Assembly: GCF_009914755.1 (NCBI RefSeq)
Contig: NC_060933.1
Strand: one strand, 5' to 3'
Length of the DNA stretch: 64,000 nucleotides
Source of the DNA: the human T2T-CHM13v2.0 reference genome, Homo sapiens
Notes under the pieces: generated by a model
What the model saw: the letters and a program-made list of their open reading frames with translations, nothing else
What the model was told of the DNA's origin: nothing
Database searches by the model: none
Translations under genes and position numbers: made by a program
Shown: piece after piece, positions 36,240 to 52,802 of the stretch
Layout of the letters: the number at the start of each line of letters is the position of its first letter
Position numbering within the stretch: the stretch's first letter is position 1

Positions 36240-36910
36240 GTTTAAAACCATGATATCACTACATGCCTATTAGAATGGCTAAAAGAGAAAAAAATATGAG
36301 CAATACCAAGTGCTAGCAAGAATGCTGAGCAACTGGATCCTTACACATTGCTTGTGGGAATGCAGAATGGCACCACCACTCCAGAAAACAGTGGCACTTT
36401 CTTATAAAGTTAAACATACATTTATCATACGATCCAGCAATTCCACTCCTGGGTATTTTCCTAATGAAGACTTTTGTTTGTGCAAAAACTGGTACTCAAA
36501 TGTCCATAGCAGCTTAATTCATAATAGCCCAAACGTGGAAACAAAGTATCCTTTAATAAGTGAATGGTTAAACTACAGTATAGCCATACTATGGAATACT
36601 ACTTAGCAATAATAAGGAAGGAATTGCTGGTGTAGGTAACAACTTGCATGAATATTTAATTAAGGTTTTATACTGAGTGAAAGAAGCCAGGTTCAAAAGG
36701 GATGATTATAAAACTATAGTGATAGGGACCAATTCAGTGGTGCTGAGAGTAGAGGAGGGGAAGGATGTACACATAAAGGGGACAGCAGGAGAGATCTTTG
36801 TGGAGTGATGGAACTGTTCTGTATTCTGATGGTGGTGATGCTACCATACATTAAAATCAGAACTATTCATCCAAAGTAAATGTGTTAATTTTATCATATG
36901 ATAATTTTTT
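36240..36910 (+). mobile_element. L1M (MC/MD) ORF2 end and 3' region
   Basis: TTAGAATGGCTAAAA..GATCCAGCAATTCCACTCCTGGGTAT..ATGGAATACTACTTAGCAATAA. Confidence 0.85.
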
Positions 36911-37002
36911 TAAGATTAAGTAAAAACCACTGGCAAAGGAATTGACATGAACAATTCAGTATATATAATGTTGAGTAAATGAGACATTTATAAAAACTTT
37001 AA

Positions 37003-37372
<370 letters not shown>

Positions 37373-38414
37373 AGGAGAAATCTTTTTTGATTTAGAGATT
37401 ATTTCTTTTACAGAGTAGTAATTGTATTTTTTTGTTCAGTAGTAGTAATTGTATTTCTTTAACCATTAGAAGTTGGTCTACATGGAAAGACAGCCAGAAC
37501 AATGAAAATAATAATACTTTGGCCTATGTATTGACTAGTTTTGTGTAGGTCCTAAAATAGCCTAATTTGAACTTGGCTTTAGCTAGTTACTTGGACAGTG
37601 TTTCTTCTTGTGTGCCTTGGGTCATTATAACCTTTGAAACTTCAGTGAATGACTTATGTTTATTTTAAAATCTTAGTGGCATGAAGTCACTGGAGCTTTC
37701 ATAAATGTTTCTGCTATATGACTTGTGGTATCAGTGTAAGGGTTTATAATAAAGTCCTTCAGATCTTCTGAATTTGCTTCCATTGGAATTTTGTTAAATA
37801 ATGCTCTTACATAAAATGGCGTTCATGCTATAAGTCAGTGGAAGAATGTGAGGTTAGACTATGGTTTAGAATTTTCATGGTTAGCATAATTACATGTTTG
37901 TATTTAGAGATGATGGTCTCCCTTCATGTATACTTGATGGGGGAAGAGAATGAACTGGTATCAGACCAGGTGCTTGCTAGATCCTTTCTCACATATTCCA
38001 TCTCATTTAATCCTCAGAGTGCTTTGTTACCCCATTTTTCATGTGTAAAAACAGGATCTAGTGATTAAGTGACATCTGGGGACAAGTCCTTAGTAACCTC
38101 AAGACGGAAGTGGAGTGCTAAAGTCAAAGTTCAGCTTCTTTGTGTAAGAATACTTTGTGGGTGTGCCTACCTACAATTCACCCCCAGGTCAATTACGATA
38201 GCTAACTGCTTCAGCTATGTTTTCTAGTTAGGATAGGAACAGTCATGTTGCTATTCAGAAGAAAAATGTCCATCAGTAGATCCTGGACACTGACAGTACA
38301 TCTTATTCTTAAGGACCTTTAATTGACTGGAAGATTTTTAAGGTTCAAAACTGACCATATTATACCTCAAACTAGTCATTGTATATATTTCTCTGTTGTA
38401 CTACTTTTGTCACT

Positions 38415-38745
38415 AGTTTAATTCACATAGCATAATGTCTTCAAGCTTCTTTCATGTTGTAGATTGTGTCAGAATTTCCTTAACTTTTAAGGCTAAGTAA
38501 TACTCCACTGTGTATATGTACCACATTTTGTTTATCCATTCATCCACTGGTGGATACTTGGGTTGCTTCCACTTTTTGACTATTGGGAATAATGAATAAT
38601 GCTTCTATGAGCATAGTATACAAAGAGCTGTTCGAGTTCCTGCTTTCAGTTCTTTTGGGTATATACTCAGAAGTAGGATTGCTGGGTCATATGGTAATTC
38701 TGTTTTTCTTTTTAAGGAATGGCCATATATTTTCCACAGTGGCTG
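38415..38745 (-). mobile_element. L1MB-type fragment
   Basis: TACCACATTTTGTTTATCCATTCATCCA..GGATTGCTGGGTCATATGGTAATTCT. Confidence 0.8.
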
Positions 38746-40179
38746 TGTAGGCCATATATTTTATGTCATAAGTTATATAATATATATTATTATAATATAG
38801 TTCCATTTTTTCACATTAATGTGATTGCACTATACGTTATTCAGCAGTTTGCTTTTTTATTTGTAAGAAATCTTTCCATGTCTATACTTAGAGCTCTAAG
38901 TCTTTTCAGTCCCTAAATAGTATTCCATAATTTATCCAACCCCGACAGATGGTATACACATGATATATACACACAGTAGAGCTAAAGGTATGCACATTTT
39001 AAAAGCCACGTAGGACCATAGAGTCAACATTACCAGAACTTCAGACTTTGCAAGAAAGCCAGAAACCCAGATTTTTAAAAAAATTATTCCATTTTAAAAA
39101 TGCCAAGCGAAGGAAAACTTGGTTCTAAGTTAGCTTCAGCTCTTGTGCCACCAATTTGTTATTTGAGCACTGATCTTTATCAACAATTATCATGGTCATC
39201 TAAATCTCTTCCTTTTTTTTTTTTTTACTTTAAAATTAAACCTATCAAAAACCACTCTGTCTTTTCCTGTCTGCCTCCTTGAACCTTTTTCGATGATCAA
39301 AATGCTTCCATTTCCTGGGGTTACTGCAATATGATGTTTCCTTAAATGCCACAATCCTCTTGGCCACTTCCATAGTATATTCTTCATTATATACTTCTCA
39401 ATATTACATATTTTGAGGTGAGTGCTAACCCACATGTTTATTCGACATCTCACCATTTCCAAGGCACAGCCTCACTGTCCTCAAACACTTCAGCACCTGG
39501 TTTTACATTCTTATATATTATTTATACTGTGTCCCATCAACACAGACACTGACTCTTCACCTCTCTCATCTGGCATCCTGATTCTGCAACTGGAGTGAAT
39601 TTCTAATTGCACTTTAGATACTCCAGAGCTTGGACCGTATAATTAGTGAGAAAAGTGACCCCACCTTTAACACTTCTGAACGCTGTGTCCCTGTCACTCC
39701 TTGCCGCTCCCACCGTCTGTCCCCTGCTTGCCTTCCGCCATTTCTCTTTTCCCATTCTGTTGGCTTCCTTTTTAGCTGTAACTAGCTTGAACTTCATGAT
39801 CATTCACTTCAGAGTTACACCCTCTACCACCATAGAGTCATGCTTGGTATTCCAGCATCCCATCCTCCCAGTCCCTAGAATAATGACACACCAGGCCAAT
39901 TCTGGCTCAGTAGTCTCCTACTTAACTGTTATACTCTTCCTTTTTTCCAGTACCCCCAACATTTGAATTCACCATATTTATCCAAAAGGTCGAAGAAATG
40001 CTTTGCAAACCCTTCAGTGGGTTGTGAAACCAAATTATTGGATGTTTGCCATTACTTAAAAATAACGGAGTAAAATAGAATGAAAAATAGAATGCAAGGC
40101 ATATACTATAGGTAAATTCCATGTCATTACACTTTTGTATTACTGTGGGTAGCAGTAAGAATGGCCTCTGCACCTACCC

Positions 40180-40760
40180 CCGCGCCCCAGTGGAACTAAT
40201 CTTGCACAGCTTTGGCAGGGTAGACGGCCACATCTTCAGGGAGGTCACTCTCCTGTTGGGACTTGAACAAAACCATTAAGTCCAAATTCCTTATTCAGAC
40301 TTGTAGACCTTCCTGCGACCTGAACTCATTTGACCTTACTTAATGTTTCACAATCCCTCTACTGTACTTTTTAAAATGTTCCCAACCCAACTGGTCACTA
40401 TTTCCCCAAGAAATATCCAGTTTCTGCTTATGTCATTCCCTCTTGTTTAACTACTGTACTGTGTCCTACTTTTGCTCATCAAAATTTTACTTACACTTCA
40501 AAGCCCATGTCAAATGCCAGCCTTCTTCATGGAATCTCTTGATATTTGAAAAAGTGGACTGGGAATACACACACAGCATGGTGTATGTTTGCAGTGGACA
40601 TTCTAGTCTGTTGTATTGCACCTACCTGCATAACTGCATATTTACCTCCCCCAGCCACCCGTAGGCTCCTTGAGGCCAGGGACTGTTTTACTCCTCTTGT
40701 ACCCCATTATGCTTAGCATAGGCACTCAACTCTAATCAGAATATTTGCTGCATTCCATTA
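40180..40760 (+). mobile_element. Decayed L2
   Basis: TTCAAAGCCCATGTCAAATGCC..GCTCCTTGAGGCCAGGGACTGTTT..GCTTAGCATAGGCACTCAA. Confidence 0.5.
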
Positions 40761-41075
40761 TATAGCCAGACAAATTAAATTATTTCAAAATCTGGATCAA
40801 TGGCCATTACTTAAGTTTTGTTTTGTTTTTTTAATCTTAAATTTCTCATACTCTCTTTTCTGACTGGTTCCCAATGGTGATTGATTCTCCTTTCAGCAAA
40901 TGTTTGAGCACCTGTTAATGCCCAGGCCTGGAGGAGTGAACAGAACAGGAAAGGAAGGAAACCTTCAGGGAGCCTATAGCCTCTGGGTTGAGGAGGTTCA
41001 TTTAAATCCTTTTTTTCTTGTTTGGAACTTTCTTTAATACTGTAGAACAATATGTTTACTCAGTGAAGACCTGTG

Positions 41076-41299
41076 AGTGGCTCTCAAGTAGGGTTGACAG
41101 TTGAGACATTTGGCAGGGGACATTTGGCAGTGCCTGGAGGCATTTTGGTTGTCACAGCTGGGGGAGGATGTTAACTGAAGGCATCTATTGGGTGGAGGCC
41201 AAGGATGCTGCCAAACATTCTACAGTGCACAGAACAGCCCCCATAGCAAAGAATAATGTGGCCTAAAATACCAGTAGTGCCAAGGTAAGGAAATCTTGG
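41076..41299. mobile_element. MER20 (hAT-Charlie)
   Basis: GGGGACATTTGGCAGTGCCTGGAGGCATTTTGGTTGTCACA..GAGGCCAAGGATGCTGCCAAACATTCTACAGTGCACAG. Confidence 0.85.
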
Positions 41300-41760
41300 T
41301 ATGAGCAAATCAAAGAATTATAAGCTTTATGCCTTTGTAAAGTCATATAAATGTTTGCGATAGAGATGTCCAAGTACACCAGGAAGAAAGTAATCAAAAC
41401 TACAACTTAATTTTCTGAATCAAAATACACGCAGGTATACTTCCTCCTATGTCTAACATGTTTAGATCGACATTGTTCTTCATTTTAGTTTTCTGAAATT
41501 TATATGAATAGGAAGAAACTAATTAACACATATTACACATTCCAACCTTAATAAGCACTACACCATAGGAATAAATGTCAAATATCGCGTAACATGAAGA
41601 AGAGAGATTTTAGGATTTGAAAACTTAGACTACTTTCCAGTAGATTTATAGGCAGAATTTTCTAAATAAAACAGGCATTTAAATGAATCACAGTTCAGAT
41701 AAAAATATTCTTAAATTATCTAAATGTCTCCATATAGTTCATCGTTTATTTCCTTTTCGC

Positions 41761-42132
<372 letters not shown>

Positions 42133-43139
42133 TAGTACATGCTCAGAAAATATTTGATAAATGGATATGAATCACCAGTTACAGGCAAGGAAGTGTGATG
42201 GCAGAAAGATGGTAGGAAGCAGAAGTTTTAAAGTCCCCCTAGAGTTAATTCCAAAATCACTGGTGTCAGCTTGGCCACCTGGTGCAGAGCTTTTATCTTT
42301 GAGTAAACCTTTTATGCTTCTTAACTTAGGAGATGTGTTGAGGGCATAAAATGGGTGACTGCTTCAGGAAATGGGCTGCATTTAGCCACCTTTCCTCTTG
42401 TTACACCTGGCTTTATCACACATTGTTTCTAGGCATCTTAGGGGACAGTGTAAAAGAGTTGAACTTGACCCACTGCAGTATTTGTAGAGGTGATGGTCAA
42501 TCTGCATTATGGAGTTTAGGATCTGTGATTTAGAAACGGTACTTTTATGCGCCAGTCATTTGGCATTTCTCAGTTGTCTCTGGAATCAATTAACTTTCTT
42601 GAAAGGATGAATTTACCATGTTGGTGTTTTACTGGTTAGTGCAGGAAAGTATACTAGAGGGTTTATTGCTGGAGGGTTGACTTCACAGGTCTGAAGTACA
42701 TCATTCATCCTCTGAGGTAGAGCACATTTATGAATAGTAGTAACAAGCCAGCCCAGACTGTTGGAGGGGGTCACTAGACTCCATGGATGAGGTGTTTTAA
42801 TTTCCTGGACCTATGAAGAGTTTGCAAGTGTTACTATCTTGAAATAAATAGTATCAACCTGTGGTTCTTTTTCCTAAATTATGAAAATTGAAATTTTATG
42901 TTTTAGATTTTGGAATGGTATTTTAATAAGAATGATATTACTAGGATTTAGCTGAGTCATTAGATTACTAGAGTAGGCTAAATAGATTCTGAATACAAAT
43001 AATGTGTGTGTTTCTTCCTTTTATCATTGTATTTTTTTATTTTTAAAGTTTGTAAAGTTTAATTTGCATTTCTTTTATGACATCACTCCTTTATTATTAT
43101 TAATATTTTTAGAGGGAAAAATCAAGCAGTTTTATAATT

Positions 43140-43357
43140 CGAACATCCCAAATCTGAAATGCTCCAAAATTCAAAACTTTTTGAGCACCAGCATGATGCA
43201 CAAAGGAAATGCTCACTGGAGCATTTTGGATTTTTGATTTTTGAATTTAGAATGTTCAACTGGTAAGCATAATAACAAATATTCCAAAACTTGAAAAAGC
43301 CTGAAATCCAAAACACTTCTTGTCTTAAGTGTTTCAGTAAAGGACACCTAACCTGTA
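43140..43357. mobile_element. Tigger4a/MER46-type DNA transposon
   Basis: AATCTGAAATGCTCCAAAATTCAAAACTTTTTGAGCACC..GGAAATGCTCACTGGAGCATTTTGGATTT..AACCTGTA. Confidence 0.8.
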
Positions 43358-43599
43358 TTATTGAATAACCATTGAACCAGACTGTGATCACATCACAAGC
43401 AGTGTGTGCTAAAGAGATTGCGAAAGCAAAAAAGAAGTGTCACCCTTTGATACAGCCTGGCAGATACAAACTATTACATACATCCTAATTGTCGTTAATC
43501 AAAGGAAAAGGAAAACTCTGCCTTTTTACAAGTAGGAAGTTAATTTTGGAGCCAAAGCACCTAGGCCTTCTGAGAAGACAGGGAGATACCCTTCTTTTT

Positions 43600-44715
<1,116 letters not shown>

Positions 44716-45317
44716 CTCCCTTATTTTAAGAAATGTTTTTCCTTGTTTTTAAGATCACTGTACCCAATTCTCATTTATTCTAAATGAGATATATAAGATA
44801 AGCTTATTCAGCTATGATTTCAGCTTACCTGAAGAGAGAGATTTCTTTTTAGAGGCATTGCTGCTATGTGTCATAACATTTAAATTGCCCTTTAAACAGC
44901 AACAAAAATCTGCCACCAAATTGGAGTTGACTTTTTTTAATGTTCTTATTCTTCAGTTGGACTAGAGTAGGGAACAGAAGCTTCAGTGTTAGTTTTTCCC
45001 ATTTCATACCTATTGACTGCCCATTGGGAAGAGGCTGAAGACTGCCTTTTTGGTAGTTGTTTTTTAAAACAAAATAATTTAGGTGGACCTATACGCTCTT
45101 ATGTCAGGTTGTTTTATATCTTCTAAATCAGCTAGCTGGCTGGAGGATGTGTCACATTGTTCCCTGAACTGGTGTAAAATTATTCTGAAGAAAAACCACA
45201 TTAACGGTATGTTTTCCTAGTGTCAGAAAATGTATGTATGAGAACCCATAGTGTTTCAGGTCCTGTGTGAAAAGTATAAAGAAACCTTTTTACATAGCTT
45301 CCTTAAAAGTACATAGT

Positions 45318-45455
45318 AACTGACATTTGTCAAGCGCTTATTATTTGTGAATGCTTCTGAGCTGTTTACATGTAGTATATTTAATCATCGCAGCTACCCT
45401 ATGAGATAGAGGAATACTATTATTCTTACAGATGAGGAAATGGAAGTACAGAAAG
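45318..45455 (-). mobile_element. MIR
   Basis: TTTAATCATCGCAGCTACCCTATGAGATAG..TTACAGATGAGGAAATGGAAG. Confidence 0.75.
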
Positions 45456-46994
45456 TATTAAAGTAGGCAGTGGAGTTCACCTACCTGGTGCCAGAGACAC
45501 AAACCTCATTGTAGAGTGTTTTTTCACTGGAAACTAGGAGTAAGTAACAGTGTCAAGTTTTTCTTCTTATGGGGTCTTCCTGTAGCTGTGTTTCAGAATT
45601 AATAAACAATTATACTTGCCAAGTAAGTTTGGGAGTTTTTAAGTCATTATTCTTTGTAAAAGTCCTGAGTTTTGATATATCTGCCTTTTTAATGATGAAA
45701 TGTAAAACTACTGAGATAAAAAGATTTACCTAGGTATATTTGGTAAATTTATAGTGGCATAAAGTTATCATTGTAAATCGAAGTACAGAGTACTTTCTTG
45801 AGACCAGAAACGGGCCCTTTTGCCACTTCTTAAACTTGTCAACACTAATGACACCTACCATATTTCTTGGGGAGGGGGTAGACAGGGAGGAAGAAGCTGA
45901 GAAGTGTTGTGATTCCCATCCTGGCTGCCCCAGGTTAGAGTGTTGTATTGGACACTAGCCCCCTCATCACTTCACAAGAGCTGAAGCCTAATGCTCCTCG
46001 GGGTTGTTTACAGAAGGAGTTTTAGAGTTTCACTTCCTTGATCTTGAAGCCTGCATTTTGATAGAGTGGAAATGGTAGCCATGACAAAAATTAATCAAGG
46101 CCTGGTGCTTTTAAAATGGCAGATACTTTCAGTGGCTACTAGCCTGGGACTTTCAGCAAGGAGGCAGCTCATAGTTCGAAGTCTGATTTACCTCTGGTGG
46201 ATGACTTTACCCCCTTTGAAGGGCTACCTGTAAGTAAGTGTTTTCAGGGCTTAATTTTTTACGTCATTTTGTTCTTCGAGGGGGTTCAAAATCAAATAAT
46301 CTGAACATTGCGTTTAATAGTTTTAACCCACTTCTGAAATTAACATTAAGAACTAGAAGTACACATTTCATTGTATTATGCCCAGTCCAAGCCAGGCATT
46401 GGAAGGCCAGGGAAGAGAAGAAGCAGATAAATAAGAGTGAGAGAGTAGCTTAGTATAGGAGAAGGGAAAACAGGAAGGAGCTTCAGAAGACCAGATGAAC
46501 AGCAGGGGAGCTCAAGTCTGTCAGACCAAAGCTTCAGCCCAGTACTTAACGTTTATTCTTAATTAAATAACTGCCTTGTAAGTTATTTTGATGCAACCCA
46601 GAATCTTTTTTCCATTCCCACCCAAACCTTGCATTGTATTGTCTTTTTACCCCTGCTCATATCCTTGATCAGATTTTTAACCAGGCTTTCCTTGACTTAA
46701 ATCTTAAGGAATTGTTTATTGGGCCTCTTACGAATATTCTTAGTAGTTTGACTGCATTTATTCACTCATAAATTAATTGGTAACCAAATTCCATACTTTG
46801 TAGGTTTTCTTGTTTCTTTCAACTGGACTACCTGTGGGAAGATTTCTGTTTTTATATAATAGGCTTTTTGAAACTTGCCTTTAGGCCAGGATTTATTTTT
46901 CACGTGCCTGTTATACTTTGTTCATCTAATAAAGTGGTTTGAAATAGTCTTTCAGCTGATGTATTGTCTTCTAGAATATTGACTCTTTTTTTTT

Positions 46995-48590
46995 AGAAAA
47001 ATAAACTTATTTGGAATAATTTTATAGAAAATTTACAAAGATAGTACAGACTTCCCAAATATCCCTCACTCAGCTTCCAGGGAATGTTCACTTCCTGCTA
47101 GCTGGCACAGTGATCTAAACCAAGAAAATACCCTTGGTAGACTACTGTGAACTTCATTATGGACTTCATTTGGATTTCATCTGTTTCCCACCAGTGTCCT
47201 TTTCTGTTCCGGGACCCTGGTCAGGACCTCTAGTGTCCTCCATCCCCTGTCTTCTGGGGCAGCTTTTCTGTTTGTCTTTGGTGATCTTGACACTTCTGAG
47301 GAGTACTAATCAGGTGTTTTATAGAATGTCCCCGATTTGGGTTTGTCTGATGCTTTCTCTATATTAAATTATGGCTGTGTGTTTGGGAAAAGAATAGCCC
47401 AGAGGTGCAGGGCGCTTCTCAGCACCCCACATGGCACGTGGCATTGACTCGGCTTAGCACTGGATGACGCTGACCTTGGTTGCTTGGGTAAGGAGCTCTC
47501 TGTGGGTGTTTGCTCTGCAGTGACCAGTTTTCCTTTCGCTTATTTATAACATCCTCATACTTTGGAAGCAGTAGATGAGTCCAGTCCACATTCAAAGGGG
47601 ATAGGGTTAAACTCTACCTACTGGGGGGAAAATTGTATGGTATTATTTGAATTCTTCTGTAGGGAAAATGTGTCTCTTCCCCCTTCATTTAATCATTTAT
47701 TTATATCATTATGGGCTCCTGTCCTCTTTTTATAGGGTCATAACTAATTCATTTGGGGTTATATCCAGTTCTGCCTTATCCTTGCTTGCATTGTCCTGGC
47801 TCTGGCTTTGGGAGCTCTCTTGGGTTGGCCCGTGTGACACATGCCATCCTTTTGTTTTGGGAGTGCTTCCTTGCTTTCTGGACCTACGAGATGCTTTAGG
47901 TGCACCTTGTGTTTTCCTGCTCCAGTGTCAGCTGTTTCCAAAGAGAAGCCCTGGTTCTTTGTTATGGAGAAGGTGCCTGGAAACCTTGGTCTGGGCACTG
48001 GTGGGGTCCTGCTGCTGGGGTGTCTCAGTGTCTAGGCCCTCATAGCTGACAGCTACAGGTGCTACTGCTGCTTGGGGGTCCGTGTAAGGAGATCTGTGTG
48101 AACACCAGATCTTCCATTGTTTCTGTACCCACCTATGTGTGTATTTTCACCTGAACACCGGTTCTCACTGATGTCTCATGGCTAATGCAGCACCATGAGG
48201 TTCATTCTAGCCTTCTCCTTTTGCATGATTATTTGTAGTTTCTTTCTCTGACAGTGAGGACCTGGCTCATACGGCATTTGCTTTAACCCTAGTGTTCCTG
48301 CAAAGTAATTTCAGAATTGTTAACACAGATTCTGGGAGGCATACTTACACAAGTCGAGTGCACTGTTTCCCAGGTACTCAGGCAGTTCCTTTTCCCCAAC
48401 CAGTTTCAGTGAGGCTATTTCATACATTTTATAATACAATTTTATAGATTTGTCAGTCTGCATTCTATCCTGGCATCCCCTGACACCCAGGTTGATTTGT
48501 TTTTTCATTTGCATACATTAAAGTTTATTCTGTGTGATGTACAATTGTATGAGTTTCGACAAATGCTGAGTCATCTTGTTGCTACCACCC
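46995..48590 (-). mobile_element. L1MC/MD-type 3' region
   Basis: TTGGAATAATTT..CAAAGATAGTACAG..TATAGAATGTCCCGATTTGGGTTTGTCTGATG..CCAAAGAGAAGCCCTGGTTC. Confidence 0.7.
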
Positions 48591-48658
48591 CTAGGCAATC
48601 GACTTTGAACTCTTTCATTCAGAGTTTTTTGTGATTTTCTTTGCCAGATCTGCTGTCA

Positions 48659-48672
48659 CCCCCCCCCCCCCC
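48659..48672 (+). repeat. C14 homopolymer
   Basis: direct reading. Confidence 0.9.
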
Positions 48673-49257
48673 GATTTCCCCCATTGAATAACTGCGGAAC
48701 CACACTTCCATTATTCACCCATGGAAAAGGACATCCTCTCTGTTACTCTTGTGGTTTTTAATGCCAGGTTGCATTTCCTCAGATAAAAGCACAATTAATT
48801 TTAACGAGAGGGAAGAGTTCTAGAATTTTAGAAGTTGAAGGAATGTAGAGATCTGAGATTTTACATTGGTTGTTGGGGAGGTTGTCCTGGCAGGTTGGGT
48901 ATCTGGGGCAGAGCTGGAGCGTAGACTCCGATTTCCCTCCCCCCGACCCTCTTTACTCAGGAGACTTGGGATAGGAAAGATGGACTGAGGCCAGGTTGGG
49001 AGTGGTCCTACCTTTGCTGCAGGTGTGAAGCTGTGTTCATGGGTGTGGTCCTTTATCTTTTGTTTTAGGACACAAATTCTAGCAGTCAGATGTTTGTTTA
49101 ATGCTCTGTCTGGTTTTGGGAAGGATTATGGTATGGTTAATCATTTGCAAATTAGAGTTGTACTGAATTATTGTTTGCTTTTTAATGCCAATCTAAAGTC
49201 AAGTGTTCTCAGTGAATAGGTAATTCTGTTATGGGTGGAGGAAGGAGGTAATTATGA

Positions 49258-49597
<340 letters not shown>

Positions 49598-51342
49598 TAC
49601 CACCTTTGTTTTATGAGGTTCTACTGCATATTGGCCTGTACTGGATAGACTGTATCTTACTAGTTTTAATTTGCTAATTTAAGGAATCTTTGGGGAACCA
49701 TGAAATGCAACACCAAACTGGGGCAGTTTTTAATTTTTTTTGGTGCTTGCTGGCTGCCAGCACCAAGCTAGACCCTTGACGTGAAGATGCGTAAGCTGTG
49801 CCCCTTGTCCTGTTGGAGAGACATATATGTAAAAGAACGGTAGTTTGTCCAAAGTGCTGTAGCAGAGAGGTGACCAGAGTGTAGGTATGGTTTATAATAG
49901 TACTTCTTCAGCTTTTCATTAGGTTTTTTTCTTTTAAAAGAGGATTTTTAAGGCATAATTCCACCACTCTGATTACAACTATGTTGACCTTTGCCTTTTT
50001 CTTTCCAGCCTTTTACCACAAAGTTTTACATAGTTGGGTATATATGATATTGTATTCTGAAATGCTTTTGTTTAATACTTTATCCTAAGCTTTTTCTGTT
50101 TCTCCACAGTACAGCGTAGTGGCTGTGTCTATCTCCGTAATTTATTTTTTTCCCTTAGGAGTCTACCGTGATCCTTTTTATGCTTCTAATGTTTTTTATT
50201 TAGTGAATTAGTTTCTTAGGCTCTATTTCCTGGAGTGAGGTTACCGGGTTAAAGAGTGTGAACGTTTTACAGCTCTTGAAATATATTGCCTGCTGTTTTA
50301 CAATACTGACAGCATTACTTGAAAGCTGCCAGATTAGACCTGATCCCTGCTACTCTCAGACTTCATCATCCCCTGCTTTTCCTCTTGATCCCAGGATTGG
50401 AACACAGTGGGTCCCTCTGCCCAGGCAACAGGCCAGGCTCATTTCCTGACCTTTCTAGGTCCCCTGCCCATGCTGCATGGATACTCTTCCTTGGAGGTCC
50501 TGCCCAGGGCCAGCCCCTCCTTTCAGGTCTTGGTTAGAAAGCCTCTTCTTGTGAGATGGCTTTGCTTCCACCGTGGGCCAGCAGCCCCTTCTCACCCAGG
50601 CATTGTTCACCACCCTGTGAAGCTGGGAGATGAGTGCTGGCTGTCTCTGAACTCCCTGCTGATGGAGGTGGGCAGGGCTGGGCTCTCACCTCCTTTTAGC
50701 CTCTGTTTTAGTTCTGCCCAGCTTCCTTCCCAACATGTGTGAATCTAAGGAACAAGCTGACTTTTCTAGATCTCCTTGGAGGAGTGAAGGAGGGTGAGCC
50801 AAGAAGGGAGTGGTCACTTACTGTCTCCTTTCATTTTCGTGTCTCTTAATAGAGTGTACAGACTTAACTATTAAAGATGTCTGGAAAAAAGCCAGTAATT
50901 TCTAATGATTTTAAAATAGTTTAAAAATCACTGTAAATGTAAAGTTGTACATAATAAAAAGATTTGAGGTAAAGAACTTGGATTAGAAATTACCATTTCT
51001 AGAAGTGAGAGGATGAAGCAGGCCTAATTTTGGATTTAAAAAAAATCTATTCTATTTTAGCTGGTATACAGTGTTTTTAGATTGAGGGATAAAACAGCAT
51101 TTCTTATTCTAAAGAATAGAATGTTATTTGACTGATTGGATGTTGTTTGGTTTTTTTCTTATTAAGTAAAATGTTTTTATGGAAATGTTTACCGAGAATT
51201 CAGAAAGTAATTTCTTCTTTTACGTATGCATCTTGAAAAGGTTTGCTTTGCCTCTCAGTGAGATTTCATTATAGCTAACCTTCCAACAAAATGTGGCGAC
51301 TGCTTTTATTATGAAAGTTGGTGAGAAGTGAGGTCCATTCTA

Positions 51343-51505
51343 CAGTGATGTCCAGTAGAATTTTCTGACGTAGTGAGAATGTTCTGTGCTGTCCAATTAG
51401 TATGTTAGCTTCTGGTCTCCTGTGACCACTGAATACTTGAACTTAATTTTGAATTTAATTTAATATAAACTTTCTCTCAATGTAGCCACACATTGGACAG
51501 TAGTT
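51343..51505. mobile_element. MER3-like DNA transposon
   Basis: TGTCCAGTAGAATTTTCTGACG..TGTGCTGTCCAAT..GTAGCCACACATTGGACAG. Confidence 0.65.
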
Positions 51506-52555
51506 TTAAAAACTTGGGGTTAAGGGTGGCACACATTTTTCTCCTCCAAGGCCCTGTGGAGAGTTAATACTCCATTGTTATTGGAATCACCTAATTTAGT
51601 TTAAAATTCTGTTCTCAAAATTACCTTATCCATTGTAGAAACGAAAAACCTGCCAGAATTTTAGTTGGATTAATGAGTATGTGAAACAGCAGGAGAGAAT
51701 TTGGTGGTCTTGGACTGTAAATCATTTAGAACATTTTTTCCAGGTGTTTTGGTATATTTTTTGGACTAGAGAGAGCCCAGAGGACTTTGACTTCTCAAAG
51801 GTGTTGCTTCTCTGCTTGCTCCTTCGTGTGTTGTGGAAATCCGAGGTATTGTGGATGTTACATTGGGGATTCAGTAGAAGTAAAGAGGGTGTCTTAGATT
51901 TTTTCATCATTGAAAAGGCAATTGATATAGACCTAGTCTTGACATAGTGTGTGGGACATAGAATAAGCCTGTGGCAGTTACATTGAGGGTGAACGTGTGC
52001 ATCCTTGTATGGTCTCCACGTGTGGGAGGCCTTAGGAGGATAAGAACTGGTTGACAGGTAGGCCGAGGGATCATACTTTTATTTTATTTTTTAAATTCTG
52101 ATGATTTCACCTGACACATTTGATCTACTTTGAAGAAATTGTTTTGATTTCATTGACAGTGGGTGGCTTCTTTCTGTCTCCTTTCTCACAGAACTCTTTA
52201 TTTTCTTGTGTCTTTCTCCCCCTCTCTTTCTTGAAAATACTGTCATGGGGTCAGCTGGCTTTGTGTATTTTCAAGCAAGGTGATCTTTGAGCTTGACAAG
52301 AATTGAAAATTGATTTACAGTCTAGATGGGATCATAAGTTACTGACAGGAGATGATTTAAATGCGATTTCCCACAGAAATTTCTTAGTGGAGCAATGTGT
52401 TGCAAACTTTATTATGGCATTTTTTTGACTGTTTGGCTTTCACGGATAGTTTTCATAAATGTGATTTTTCAGCTTCTGTGCAAACATTTCTGCTTATTGA
52501 GCTTGTTGCTACAGTGTTACCCTACATCTGATGAAGTTTTTTTCTCGTTTGCCAG

Positions 52556-52802
52556 GTTGCACAGAGCATTGAGGATCACCATCAGGAAGTGATTGGTTTC
52601 TGCAGAGAGAATGGTTTCCATGGCTTGGTTGCGTATGACTCTGATTATGCACTGTGCAACATCCCCTACTATTTCAGTGCCCATGCCCTAAAACTGAGCC
52701 GGAACGGGAAAAGTCTCACCACAAGCCAATATCTGATGCATGAAGTTGCCAAGCAACTGGACCTGAATCCAAATCGTTTTCCTATTTTTGCTGCTCTCTT
52801 AG
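52556..52802 (+). CDS. FAM120A: FAM120A coding exon 2 (247 nt, aa 159-241)
   Basis: acceptor TTTTTTTCTCGTTTGCCAG|; VAQSIEDHHQEVIGFCRENGFHGLVAYDSDY...FAALL(G); donor TAG|GTAGGT. Confidence 0.97.
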